Shown: positions 32,891-48,000 of the stretch, piece by piece
Layout: every line of letters starts with the position of its first letter
Numbering within the stretch: position 1 is the stretch's first letter
DNA from: Eledone cirrhosa
Taxonomy: Eukaryota
Direction: 5' to 3'
Assembly: GCA_964016885.1 (NCBI GenBank)
Contig: CAXHJY010000738.1
Location: 1 to 64,000, forward strand
DNA: 64,000 nt
Notes under the pieces: model-generated
Databases searched by the model: none
The model's input: only the letters and a program-made list of their open reading frames with translations
Told to the model about the DNA's origin: nothing
Position numbers and translations under genes: made by a program

Positions 32891-35800
32891 CAGTACAGTA
32901 GGTATATTACAGTACAGTAGATATATTACAGTACAGTAGATATATTACAGTAGGTATATTACAGTACAGTAGATATATTACAGTACAGTAGGTATATTAC
33001 AGTACAGTAGGTATATTACAGTACAGTAGATATATTACAGTACAGTAGGTATATTACAGTACAGTAGATATATTACAGTACAGTAGGTATATTACAGTAC
33101 AGTAGGTATATTACAGTACAGTAGGTATATTACAGTAGAGTAGGTATATTACAGTACAGTAGGTATATTACAGTACAGTAGGTATATTACAGTACAGTAG
33201 ATATATTACAGTACAGTAGGTATATTACAGTAGATATATTACAGTACAGTAGGTATATTACAGTACAGTATGTATATTACAGTACAGTACGTATATTACA
33301 GTACAGTAGGTATATTATAGTACAGTAGATATATTACAGTACAGTAGGTATATTACAGTACAGTAGGTATATTACAGTACAGTAGGTATATTACAGTACA
33401 GTAGATATATTACAGTACAGTAGATATATTACAGTACAGTAGGTATATTACAGTACAGTAGATAGATTACAGTACAGTTGGTATCTTACAGTACAGTAGA
33501 TATATTACAGTAGGTATATTACAGTACAGTAGATATATTACAGTACAGTAGGTATAATACAGTACAGTAGGTATATTACAGTACAGTAGATATATTACAG
33601 TACAGTAGATATATTACAGTACAGTAGGTATATTACAGTACAATAGATATATTACAGTAGGTATATTACAGTACAGTAGGTATATTACAGTACAGTAGAT
33701 ATATTACAGTACAGTAGATATATTACAGTACAGTAGGTATATTACAGTACAGTAGGTATATTACAGTCCAGTAGGTATATTACAGTACAGTAGATATATT
33801 ACAGTACAGTATGTATATTACAGTATGTATATTACAGTACAGTAGATATATTACAGTACAGTAGATATATTACAGTACAGTAGGTATATTACAGTACAGT
33901 AGATATATTACAGTACAGTAGATATATTACAGTACAGTAGGTATATTACAGTACAGTATGTATATTAAAGTATGTATATTACAGTACAGTAGATATAATA
34001 CAGTACAGTAGATATATTACAGTACAGTAGATATATTACAGTACAGTAGGTATATTATAGTACAGTAGATATATTACAGTACAGTAGGTATATTACAGTA
34101 CAGTAGGTATATTACAGTACAGTAGATATATTACAGTACAGTAGATATATTACAGTACAGTAGATATATTACAGTACAGTAGGTATATTACAGTACAGTA
34201 GGTATATTACAGTACAGTAGATATATTACAGTACAGTAGATATATTACAGTACAGTAGGTATATTACAGTACAGTAGGTATATTACAGTACAGTAGATAT
34301 ATTACAGTACAGTAGATATATTACAGTACAGTAGGTATATTACAGTACAGTAGATATATTACAGTACAGTAGGTATATTACAGTACAGTAGATATATTAC
34401 AGTACAGTAGGTATATTACAGTACAGTAGGTATATTACAGTACAGTAGGTATATTACAGTACAGTAGGTATATTACAGTACAGTAGTTATATTACAGTAC
34501 AGTAGCTTTATTACAGTACAGTAGGTATATTACAGTACAGTAGGTATATTACACTACAGTAGGAATATTACAGTACAGTAGGTATATTGCAGTACAGTAG
34601 GTATATTACAGTACAGTAGATATATTACAGTACAGTAGATGTATTACAGTACACTAGGTATATTACAGTACAGTAGGTATATTACAGTACAGTAGATATA
34701 TTACAGTACAGTATGTATATTACAGTACAGTATGTATATTACAGTTCAGTAGGTATATTACAGTACAGTAGGTATATCACAGTACAGTAGATATATTACA
34801 GTACAGTAGGTATATTACAGTACAGTAGATATATTACAGTACAGTAGATATATTACAGTAGGTATATTACAGTACAGTAGATATATTACAGTACAGTAGG
34901 TATATTACAGTACAGTAGGTATATTACAGTACAGTAGATATATTACAGTACAGTAGGTATATTACAGTACAGTAGGTATATTACAGTACAGTAGGTATAT
35001 TACAGTACAGAAGATATATTACAATACAGTAGGTATATTACAGTACAGTAGATATATTACAGTACAGTAGGTATATTACAGTACAGTAGGTATATTACAG
35101 TACAGTAGATATATTACAGTACAGTAGGTATATTACAGTACAGTAGATATATTACAGTACAGTAGGTATATTACAGTACAGTATGTATATTAAAGTATTA
35201 TATTACAGTACAGTAGATATAATACAGTACAGTAGTTACATTACAGTACAGTAGGTATATTACAGTACAGTAGGTATATTACAGTACAGTAGGTATATTA
35301 CAGTACAGTAGATATATTACAGTACAGTATGTATATTACAGTATGTATATTACAGTACAGTAGATATATTACAGTACAGTAGATATATTACAGTACAGTA
35401 GGTATATTACAGTACAGTAGATATATTACAGTACAGTAGATATATTACAGTACAGTAGGTATATTACAGTACAGTATGTATATTAAAGTATTATATTACA
35501 GTACAGTAGATATAATACAGTACAGTAGATATATTACAGTACAGTAGATATATTACAGTACAGTAGGTATATTATAGTACAGTAGATATATTACAGTACA
35601 GTAGGTATATTAAAGTACAGTAGGTATATTACAGTACAGTAGATATATTACAGTACAGTAGATATATTACAGTACAGTAGATATATTACAGTACAGTAGG
35701 TATATTACAGTACAGTAGGTATATTACAGTACAGTAGATAGAGTACAGTACAGTAGATATATTACAGTACAGTAGGTATATTACAGTACAGTAGGTATAT

Positions 35801-38800
35801 TACAGTACAGTAGGTATATTACAGTACAGTAGATAGATTACAGTACAGTAGGTATATTACAGTACAGTAGATATATTACAGTACAGTAGATATATTACAG
35901 TACAGTAGATATATTACAGTACAGTAGGTATATTACAGTACAGTAGATATATTACAGTACAGTAGATATATTACAGTACAGTAGATATATTACAGTACAG
36001 TAGGTATATTACAGTACAGTAGATAGATTACAGTACATTAGATATATTACAGTACAGTAGATATATTACAGTACAATAGGTATATTACAGTACAGTAGGT
36101 ATATTACAGTACAGTAGATATATTACAGTACAGTAGGTATATTACAGTACAGTAGATATATTACAGTACAGTAGATATATTACAGTACAGTAGGTATATT
36201 ACAGTACAGTAGGTATATTACAGTACAGTAGGTATATTACAGTACAGTAGGTATATTACAGTACAGTAGATATATTACAGTACAGTAGGTATAATACAGT
36301 ACAGTAGGTATATTACAGTACAGTAGGTATATTACAGTACAGTAGTTATAATACAGTACAGTAGGTATATTACAGTACAGTAGGTATATTACAGTACAGT
36401 AGGTATATTACAGTACAGTAGGTATATTACAGTACACTAGGTATATTACAGTACAGTAGGTATATTACAGTACAGTAGATATATTACAGTACACTAGGTA
36501 TATTACAGTACAGTAGGTATATTACAGTACAGTAGATATATTACAGTACAGTAGGTATAATACCATACAGTAGGTATATTACAGTACAGTAGGTATATTA
36601 CAGTACAGTAGGTATAATACAGTACAGTAGATATATTGCAGTACAGTAGGTATATTACACTACAGTAGGTATATTACAGTACAGTAGGTATATTAAAGTA
36701 CAGTAGGTATAATACAGTACAGTAGGTATATTACAGTACAGTAGGTATATTATAGTACAGTAGATATAATACAATACAGTAGATATATTGCAGTACAGTA
36801 GGTATATTACTGTACAGTAGATATATTACAGTACAGTAGATATATTACAGTACACTAGGTATATTACAGTACAGTAGGTATATTACAGTACAGTAGATAT
36901 ATTACAGTACACTAGGTATATTACAGTACAGTAGGTATATTACAGTACAGTAGATATATTACAGTACAGTAGGTATAATACCATACAGTAGGTATATTAC
37001 AGTACAGTAGGTATATTACAGTACAGTAGGTATAATACAGTACAGTAGATATATTGCAGTACAGTAGGTATATTACACTACAGTAGGTATATTACAGTAC
37101 AGTAGGTATATTAAAGTACAGTAGGTATAATACAGTACAGTAGGTATATTACAGTACAGTAGGTATATTATAGTACAGTAGATATAATACAATACAGTAG
37201 ATATATTGCAGTACAGTAGGTATATTACTGTACAGTAGATATATTACAGTACAGTAGATATATTACAGTACAGTAGTTATATTACAGTACAGTAGGTATA
37301 TTACAGTACAGTAGGTATATTACAGTACAGTAGATATATTACAGTACAGTAGATATATTACAGTACAGTAGGTATAATACAGTACAGTAGGTATATTACA
37401 GTACAGTAGGTATATTACAGTACAGTAGGTATATTACAGTACAGTAGGTATATTACACTACAGTAGGTATATTACAGTACAGTAGGTATATTAAAGTACA
37501 GTAGGTGTAATACAGTACAGTAGGTATATTACAGTACGGTAGGTATATTACAGTACAGTAGATATATTACAGTACAGTAGATATAATACAGTACAGTAGA
37601 TATATTACAGTACAGTAGGTATATTACAGTACAGTAGGGATATTACAGTACAGTAGGTATATTACAGTACAGTAGGTATATTACAGTACAGTAGGTATAT
37701 TATAGTACAGTAGATATATTACAGTACAGTAGGTATATTACAGTACAGTAGATATATTACAGTACAGTAGATATATTACAGTACAGTAGGTATATTACAG
37801 TACAGTAGGTATATTACAGTACATTAGGTATATTACAGTACAGTAGGTATAATACAGTACAGTAGATATATTACAGTACAGTAGGTATATTACAGTACAG
37901 TAGGTATGTTACAGTACAGTAGATATATTACAGTACAGTAGGTATAATACAGTAAAGTAGGTATATTACAGTACAGTAGGTATATTACAGTACAGTAGGT
38001 ATAATACAGTACAGTAGGTATATTACAGTACAGTAGGTATATTACAGTACAGTAGGTATGTTACAGTACAGTAGGTATATTACAGTACAGTAGGTATATT
38101 ACAGTACAGTAGATATATTACAGTACAGTAGGTATATTACAGTGCAGTAGGTATATTACAGTACCGTAGATATATTACAGTACAGTATGTATATTACAGT
38201 ACAGTATGTATATTACAGTACAGTAGGTATATTACAGTACAGTAGGTATATCACAGTACAGTAGGTATAATACAGTACAGTAGATATATTACAGTACAGT
38301 AGGTATATTACAGTACAGTAGATATATTACAGTACAGTAGATATATTACAGTAGGTATATTACAGTACAGTAGATATATTACAGTACAGTAGGTATATTA
38401 CAGTACAGTAGGTATATTACAGTACAGTAGATATATTACAGTACAGTAGGTATATTACAGTACAGTAGATATATTACAGTACAGTAGGTATATTACAGTA
38501 CAGTAGGTATATTACAGTACAGTAGATATATTACAGTACAGTAGGTATAATACAGTAAAGTAGGTATATTACAGTACAGTAGGTATATTACAGTACAGTA
38601 GGTATAATACAGTACAGTAGGTATATTACAGTACAGTAGGTATATTACAGTACAGTAGATATATTACAGTACAGTAGATATATTACAGTAGGTATATTAC
38701 AGTACAGTAGATATATTACAGTACAGTAGGTATATTACAGTACAGTAGGTATATTACAGTACAGTAGATATATTACAGTACAGTAGGTATATTACAGTAC

Positions 38801-41800
38801 AGTAGATATATTACAGTACAGTAGGTATATTACAGTACAGTAGGTATATTACAGTACAGTAGGTATATTACAGTAGAGTAGGTATATTACAGTACAGTAG
38901 GTATATTACAGTACAGTAGGTATATTACAGTACAGTAGATATATTACAGTACAGTAGGTATATTACAGTAGTTATATTACAGTACAGTAGGTATATTACA
39001 GTACAGTATGTATATTACAGTACAGTACGTATATTACAGTACAGTAGGTATATTATAATACAGTAGATATATTACAGTACAGTAGGTATATTACAGTACA
39101 GTAGATATATTACAGTACAGTAGATATATTACAGTACAGTAGGTATATTACAGTACAGTAGATAGATTACAGTACAGTTGGTATCTTACAGTACAGTAGA
39201 TATATTACAGTAGGTATATTACAGTACAGTAGATATATTACAGTACAGTAGGTATAATACAGTACAGTAGGTATATTACAGTACAGTAGATATATTACAG
39301 TACAGTAGATATATTACAGTACAGTAGGTATATTACAGTACAATAGATATATTACAGTAGGTATATTACAGTACAGTAGGTATATTACAGTACAGTAGAT
39401 ATATTACAGTACAGTAGATATATTACAGTACAGTAGGTATATTACAGTACAGTAGGTATATTACAGTCCAGTAGGTATATTACAGTACAGTAGATATATT
39501 ACAGTACAGTATGTATATTACAGTATGTATATTACAGTTCAGTAGATATATTACAGTACAGTAGATATATTACAGTACAGTAGGTATATTACAGTACAGT
39601 AGATATATTACAGTACAGTAGATATATTACAGTACAGTAGGTATATTACAGTACAGTATGTATATTAAAGTATGTATATTACAGTACAGTAGATATAATA
39701 CAGTACAGTAGATATATTACAGTACAGTAGATATATTACAGTACAGTAGGTATATTATAGTACAGTAGATATATTACAGTACAGTAGGTATATTACAGTA
39801 CAGTAGGTATATTACAGTACAGTAGATATATTACAGTACAGTAGATATATTACAGTACAGTAGATATATTACAGTACAGTAGGTATATTACAGTACAGTA
39901 GGTATATTACAGTACAGTAGATATATTACAGTACAGTAGATATATTACAGTACAGTAGGTATATTACAGTACAGTAGGTATATTACAGTACAGTAGATAT
40001 ATTACAGTACAGTAGATATATTACAGTACAGTAGGTATATTACAGTACAGTAGATATATTACAGTACAGTAGGTATATTACAGTACAGTAGATATATTAC
40101 AGTACAGTAGGTATATTACAGTACAGTAGGTATATTACAGTACAGTAGGTATATTACAGTACAGTAGGTATATTACAGTACAGTAGTTATATTACAGTAC
40201 AGTAGCTTTATTACAGTACAGTAGGTATATTACAGTACAGTAGGTATATTACACTACAGTAGGAATATTACAGTACAGTAGGTATATTGCAGTACAGTAG
40301 GTATATTACAGTACAGTAGATATATTACAGTACAGTAGATATATTACAGTACACTAGGTATATTACAGTACAGTAGGTATATTACAGTACAGTAGATATA
40401 TTACAGTACAGTATGTATATTACAGTACAGTATGTATATTACAGTTCAGTAGGTATATTACAGTACAGTAGGTATATCACAGTACAGTAAATATATTACA
40501 GTACAGTAGGTATATTACAGTACAGTAGATATATTACAGTACAGTAGATATATTACAGTAGGTATATTACAGTACAGTAGATATATTACAGTACAGTAGG
40601 TATATTACAGTACAGTAGGTATATTACAGTACAGTAGATATATTACAGTACAGTAGGTATATTACAGTACAGTAGATATATTACAGTATAGTAGGTATAT
40701 TACAGTACAGTAGGTATATTACAGTACAGTAGGTATATTACAGTACAGTAGGTATATTACAGTACAGTAGGTATATTACAGTACAGTAGGTATATTACAG
40801 TACAGTAGGTATATTACAGTACAGAAGATATATTACAATACAGTAGGTATATTACAGTACAGTAGATATATTACAGTACAGTAGGTATATTACAGTACAG
40901 TAGGTATATTACAGTACAGTAGATATATTACAGTACAGTAGGTATATTACAGTACAGTAGATATATTACAGTACAGTAGGTATATTACAGTACAGTATGT
41001 ATATTAAAGTATTATATTACAGTACAGTAGATATAATACAGTACAGTAGTTACATTACAGTACAGTAGGTATATTACAGTACAGTAGGTATATTACAGTA
41101 CAGTAGGTATATTACAGTACAGTAGATATATTACAGTACAGTATGTATATTACAGTATGTATATTACAGTACAGTAGATATATTACAGTACAGTAGATAT
41201 ATTACAGTACAGTAGGTATATTACAGTACAGTAGATATATTACAGTACAGTAGATATATTACAGTACAGTAGGTATATTACAGTACAGTATGTATATTAA
41301 AGTATTATATTACAGTACAGTAGATATAATACAGTACAGTAGATATATTACAGTACAGTAGATATATTACAGTACAGTAGGTATATTATAGTACAGTAGA
41401 TATATTACAGTACAGTAGGTATATTAAAGTACAGTAGGTATATTACAGTACAGTAGATATATTACAGTACAGTAGATATATTACAGTACAGTAGATATAT
41501 TACAGTACAGTAGGTATATTACAGTACAGTAGGTATATTACAGTACAGTAGATAGAGTACAGTACAGTAGATATATTACAGTACAGTAGGTATATTACAG
41601 TACAGTAGGTATATTACAGTACAGTAGGTATATTACAGTACAGTAGATCAGTAGATAGATTACAGTACAGTAGGTATATTACAGTACAGTAGATATATTA
41701 CAGTACAGTAGATATATTACAGTACAGTAGATATATTACAGTACAGTAGGTATATTACAGTACAGTAGATATATTACAGTACAGTAGATATATTACAGTA

Positions 41801-44800
41801 CAGTAGATATATTACAGTACAGTAGGTATATTACAGTACAGTAGATAGATTACAGTACATTAGATATATTACAGTACAGTAGATATATTACAGTACAATA
41901 GGTATATTACAGTACAGTAGGTATATTACAGTACAGTAGATATATTACAGTACAGTAGGTATATTACAGTACAGTAGATATATTACAGTACAGTAGATAT
42001 ATTACAGTACAGTAGGTATATTACAGTACAGTAGGTATATTACAGTACAGTAGGTATATTACAGTACAGTAGATATATTACAGTACAGTAGGTATAATAC
42101 AGTACAGTAGGTATATTACAGTACAGTAGGTATATTACAGTACAGTAGTTATAATACAGTACAGTAGGTATATTACAGTACAGTAGGTATATTACAGTAC
42201 AGTAGGTATATTACAGTACAGTAGGTATATTACAGTACAGTAGGTATATTACAGTACAGTAGATATAATACAGTACAGTAGATATATTACAGTACAGTAG
42301 GTATATTACAGTACAGTTGGAATATTACAGTACAGTAGGTATATTACAGTACAGTAGGTATATTACAGTACAGTAGGTATATTACAGTACAGTAGGTATA
42401 TTACAGTACACTAGGTATATTACAGTACAGTAGGTATATTACAGTACAGTAGATATATTACAGTACACTAGGTATATTACAGTACAGTAGGTATATTACA
42501 GTACAGTAGATATATTACAGTAGGTATAATACCATACAGTAGGTATATTACAGTACAGTAGGTATATTACAGTACAGTAGGTATAATACAGTACAGTAGA
42601 TATATTGCAGTACAGTAGGTATATTACACTACAGTAGGTATATTACAGTACAGTAGGTATATTAAAGTACAGTAGGTATAATACAGTACAGTAGGTATAT
42701 TACAGTACAGTAGGTATATTATAGTACAGTAGATATAATACAATACAGTAGATATATTGCAGTACAGTAGGTATATTACTGTACAGTAGGTATATTACAG
42801 TACAGTAGATATATTACAGTACAGTAGTTATATTACAGTACAGTAGGTATATTACAGTACAGTAGGTATATTACAGTACAGTAGATATATTACAGTACAG
42901 TAGATATATTACAGTACAGTAGGTATAATACAGTACAGTAGGTATATTACAGTACAGTAGGTATATTACAGTACAGTAGGTATATTACAGTACAGTAGGT
43001 ATATTACACTACAGTAGGTATATTACAGTACAGTAGGTATATTAAAGTACAGTAGGTGTAATACAGTACAGTAGGTATATTACAGTACGGTAGGTATATT
43101 ACAGTACAGTAGATATATTACAGTACAGTAGATATAATACAGTACAGTAGATATATTACAGTACAGTAGGTATATTACAGTACAGTAGGGATATTACAGT
43201 ACAGTAGGTATATTACAGTACAGTAGGTATATTACAGTACAGTAGGTATATTATAGTACAGTAGATATATTACAGTACAGTAGGTATATTACAGTACAGT
43301 AGATATATTACAGTACAGTAGATATATTACAGTACAGTAGGTATATTACAGTACAGTAGGTATGTTACAGTACATTAGGTATATTACAGTACAGTAGGTA
43401 TAATACAGTACAGTAGATATATTACAGTACAGTAGGTATATTACAGTACAGTAGGTATGTTACAGTACAGTAGATATATTACAGTACAGTAGGTATAATA
43501 CAGTAAAGTAGGTATATTACAGTACAGTAGGTATATTACAGTACAGTAGGTATAATACAGTACAGTAGGTATATTACAGTACAGTAGGTATATTACAGTA
43601 CAGTAGGTATGTTACAGTACAGTAGGTATATTACAGTACAGTAGGTATATTACAGTACAGTAGATATATTACAGTACAGTAGGTATATTACAGTGCAGTA
43701 GGTATATTACAGTACCGTAGATATATTACAGTACAGTATGTATATTACAGTACAGTATGTATATTACAGTACAGTAGGTATATTACAGTACAGTAGGTAT
43801 ATCACAGTACAGTAGGTATAATACAGTACAGTAGATATATTACAGTACAGTAGGTATATTACAGTACAGTAGATATATTACAGTACAGTAGATATATTAC
43901 AGTAGGTATATTACAGTACAGTAGATATATTACAGTACAGTAGGTATATTACAGTACAGTAGGTATATTACAGTACAGTAGATATATTACAGTACAGTAG
44001 GTATATTACAGTACAGTAGATATAATACAGTACAGTAGGTATATTACAGTACAGTAGGTATATTACAGTACAGTAGATATATTACAGTACAGTAGGTATA
44101 ATACAGTAAAGTAGGTATATTACAGTACAGTAGGTATATTACAGTACAGTAGGTATAATACAGTACAGTAGGTATATTACAGTACAGTAGGTATATTACA
44201 GTACAGTAGATATATTACAGTACAGTAGATATATTACAGTAGGTATATTACAGTACAGTAGATATATTACAGTACAGTAGGTATATTACAGTACAGTAGG
44301 TATATTACAGTACAGTAGATATATTACAGTACAGTAGGTATATTACAGTACAGTAGATATATTACAGTACAGTAGGTATATTACAGTACAGTAGGTATAT
44401 TACAGTACAGTAGGTATATTACAGTAGAGTAGGTATATTACAGTACAGTAGGTATATTACAGTACAGTAGGTATATTACAGTACAGTAGATATATTACAG
44501 TACAGTAGGTATATTACAGTAGATATATTACAGTACAGTAGGTATATTACAGTACAGTATGTATATTACAGTACAGTACGTATATTACAGTACAGTAGGT
44601 ATATTATAATACAGTAGATATATTACAGTACAGTAGGTATATTACAGTACAGTAGGTATATTACAGTACAGTAGGTATATTACAGTACAGTAGATATATT
44701 ACAGTACAGTAGATATATTACAGTACAGTAGGTATATTACAGTACAGTAGATAGATTACAGTACAGTTGGTATCTTACAGTACAGTAGATATATTACAGT

Positions 44801-45050
44801 AGGTATATTACAGTACAGTAGATATATTACAGTACAGTAGGTATAATACAGTACAGTAGGTATATTACAGTACAGTAGGTATATTACAGTACAGTAGGTA
44901 TATTACAGTACAGTAGATATATTACAGTACAGTAGATATATTACAGTACAGTAGGTATATTACAGTACAGTAGATAGATTACAGTACAGTTGGTATCTTA
45001 CAGTACAGTAGATATATTACAGTAGGTATATTACAGTACAGTAGATATAT
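30200..45050. repeat. Tandem ~5.3-5.8-kb higher-order units (about 2.5 copies)
   Basis: ttggtatctt 33478/39178/44767; agatagagtac 30473/35736/41550; acagaagatat 35007/40821; taccatacag 31165/36561 and 36979/42530. Confidence 0.85.
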
Positions 45051-48000
45051 TACAGTACAGTAGGTATAATACAGTACAGTAGATATATTACAGTACAGTA
45101 GATATATTACAGTACAGTAGGTATATTACAGTACAGTATGTATATTAAAGTATTATATTACAGTACAGTAGATATAATACAGTACAGTAGATATATTACA
45201 GTACAGTAGATATATTACAGTACAGTAGGTATATTATAGTACAGTAGATATATTACAGTACAGTAGGTATATTAAAGTACAGTAGGTATATTACAGTACA
45301 GTAGATATATTACAGTACAGTAGATATATTACAGTACAGTAGATATATTACAGTACAGTAGGTATATTACAGTACAGTAGGTATATTACAGTACAGTAGA
45401 TAGAGTACAGTACAGTAGATATATTACAGTACAGTAGGTATATTACAGTACAGTAGGTATATTACAGTACAGTAGGTATATTACAGTACAGTAGATCAGT
45501 AGATAGATTACAGTACAGTAGGTATATTACAGTACAGTAGATATATTACAGTACAGTAGATATATTACAGTACAGTAGATATATTACAGTACAGTAGGTA
45601 TATTACAGTACAGTAGATATATTACAGTACAGTAGATATATTACAGTACAGTAGATATATTACAGTACAGTAGGTATATTACAGTACAGTAGATAGATTA
45701 CAGTACATTAGATATATTACAGTACAGTAGATATATTACAGTACAATAGGTATATTACAGTACAGTAGGTATATTACAGTACAGTAGATATATTACAGTA
45801 CAGTAGGTATATTACAGTACAGTAGATATATTACAGTACAGTAGATATATTACAGTACAGTAGGTATATTACAGTACAGTAGGTATATTACAGTACAGTA
45901 GGTATATTACAGTACAGTAGGTATATTACAGTACAGTAGATATATTACAGTACAGTAGGTATAATACAGTACAGTAGGTATATTACAGTACAGTAGGTAT
46001 ATTACAGTACAGTAGTTATAATACAGTACAGTAGGTATATTACAGTACAGTAGGTATATTACAGTACAGTAGGTATATTACAGTACAGTAGGTATATTAC
46101 AGTACAGTAGGTATATTACAGTACAGTAGATATAATACAGTACAGTAGATATATTACAGTACAGTAGGTATATTACAGTACAGTTGGAATATTACAGTAC
46201 AGTAGGTATATTACAGTACAGTAGGTATATTACAGTACAGTAGGTATATTACAGTACAGTAGGTATATTACAGTACACTAGGTATATTACAGTACAGTAG
46301 GTATATTACAGTACAGTAGATATATTACAGTACACTAGGTATATTACAGTACAGTAGGTATATTACAGTACAGTAGATATATTACAGTAGGTATAATACC
46401 ATACAGTAGGTATATTACAGTACAGTAGGTATATTACAGTACAGTAGGTATAATACAGTACAGTAGATATATTGCAGTACAGTAGGTATATTACACTACA
46501 GTAGGTATATTACAGTACAGTAGGTATATTAAAGTACAGTAGGTATAATACAGTACGGTAGGTATATTACAGTACAGTAGGTATATTATAGTACAGTAGA
46601 TATAATACAATACAGTAGATATATTGCAGTACAGTAGGTATATTACTGTACAGTAGGTATATTACAGTACAGTAGATATATTACAGTACAGTAGTTATAT
46701 TACAGTACAGTAGGTATATTACAGTACAGTAGGTATATTACAGTACAGTAGATATATTACAGTACAGTAGATATATTACAGTACAGTAGGTATAATACAG
46801 TACAGTAGGTATATTACAGTACAGTAGGTATATTACAGTACAGTAGGTATATTACAGTACAGTAGGTATATTACACTACAGTAGGTATATTACAGTACAG
46901 TAGGTATATTAAAGTACAGTAGGTGTAATACAGTACAGTAGGTATATTACAGTACGGTAGGTATATTACAGTACAGTAGATATATTACAGTACAGTAGAT
47001 ATAATACAGTACAGTAGATATATTACAGTACAGTAGGTATATTACAGTACAGTAGGGATATTACAGTACAGTAGGTATATTACAGTACAGTAGGTATATT
47101 ACAGTACAGTAGGTATATTATAGTACAGTAGATATATTACAGTACAGTAGGTATATTACAGTACAGTAGATATATTACAGTACAGTAGATATATTACAGT
47201 ACAGTAGGTATATTACAGTACAGTAGGTATATTACAGTACATTAGGTATATTACAGTACAGTAGGTATAATACAGTACAGTAGATATATTACAGTACAGT
47301 AGGTATATTACAGTACAGTAGGTATGTTACAGTACAGTAGATATATTACAGTACAGTAGGTATAATACAGTAAAGTAGGTATATTACAGTACAGTAGGTA
47401 TATTACAGTACAGTAGGTATAATACAGTACAGTAGGTATATTACAGTACAGTAGGTATATTACAGTACAGTAGGTATGTTACAGTACAGTAGGTATATTA
47501 CAGTACAGTAGGTATATTACAGTACAGTAGATATATTACAGTACAGTAGGTATATTACAGTGCAGTAGGTATATTACAGTACCGTAGATATATTACAGTA
47601 CAGTATGTATATTACAGTACAGTATGTATATTACAGTACAGTAGGTATATTACAGTACAGTAGGTATATCACAGTACAGTAGGTATAATACAGTACAGTA
47701 GATATATTACAGTACAGTAGGTATATTACAGTACAGTAGATATATTACAGTACAGTAGATATATTACAGTAGGTATATTACAGTACAGTAGATATATTAC
47801 AGTACAGTAGGTATATTACAGTACAGTAGGTATATTACAGTACAGTAGATATATTACAGTACAGTAGGTATATTACAGTACAGTAGATATAATACAGTAC
47901 AGTAGGTATATTACAGTACAGTAGGTATATTACAGTACAGTAGATATATTACAGTACAGTAGGTATAATACAGTAAAGTAGGTATATTACAGTACAGTAG

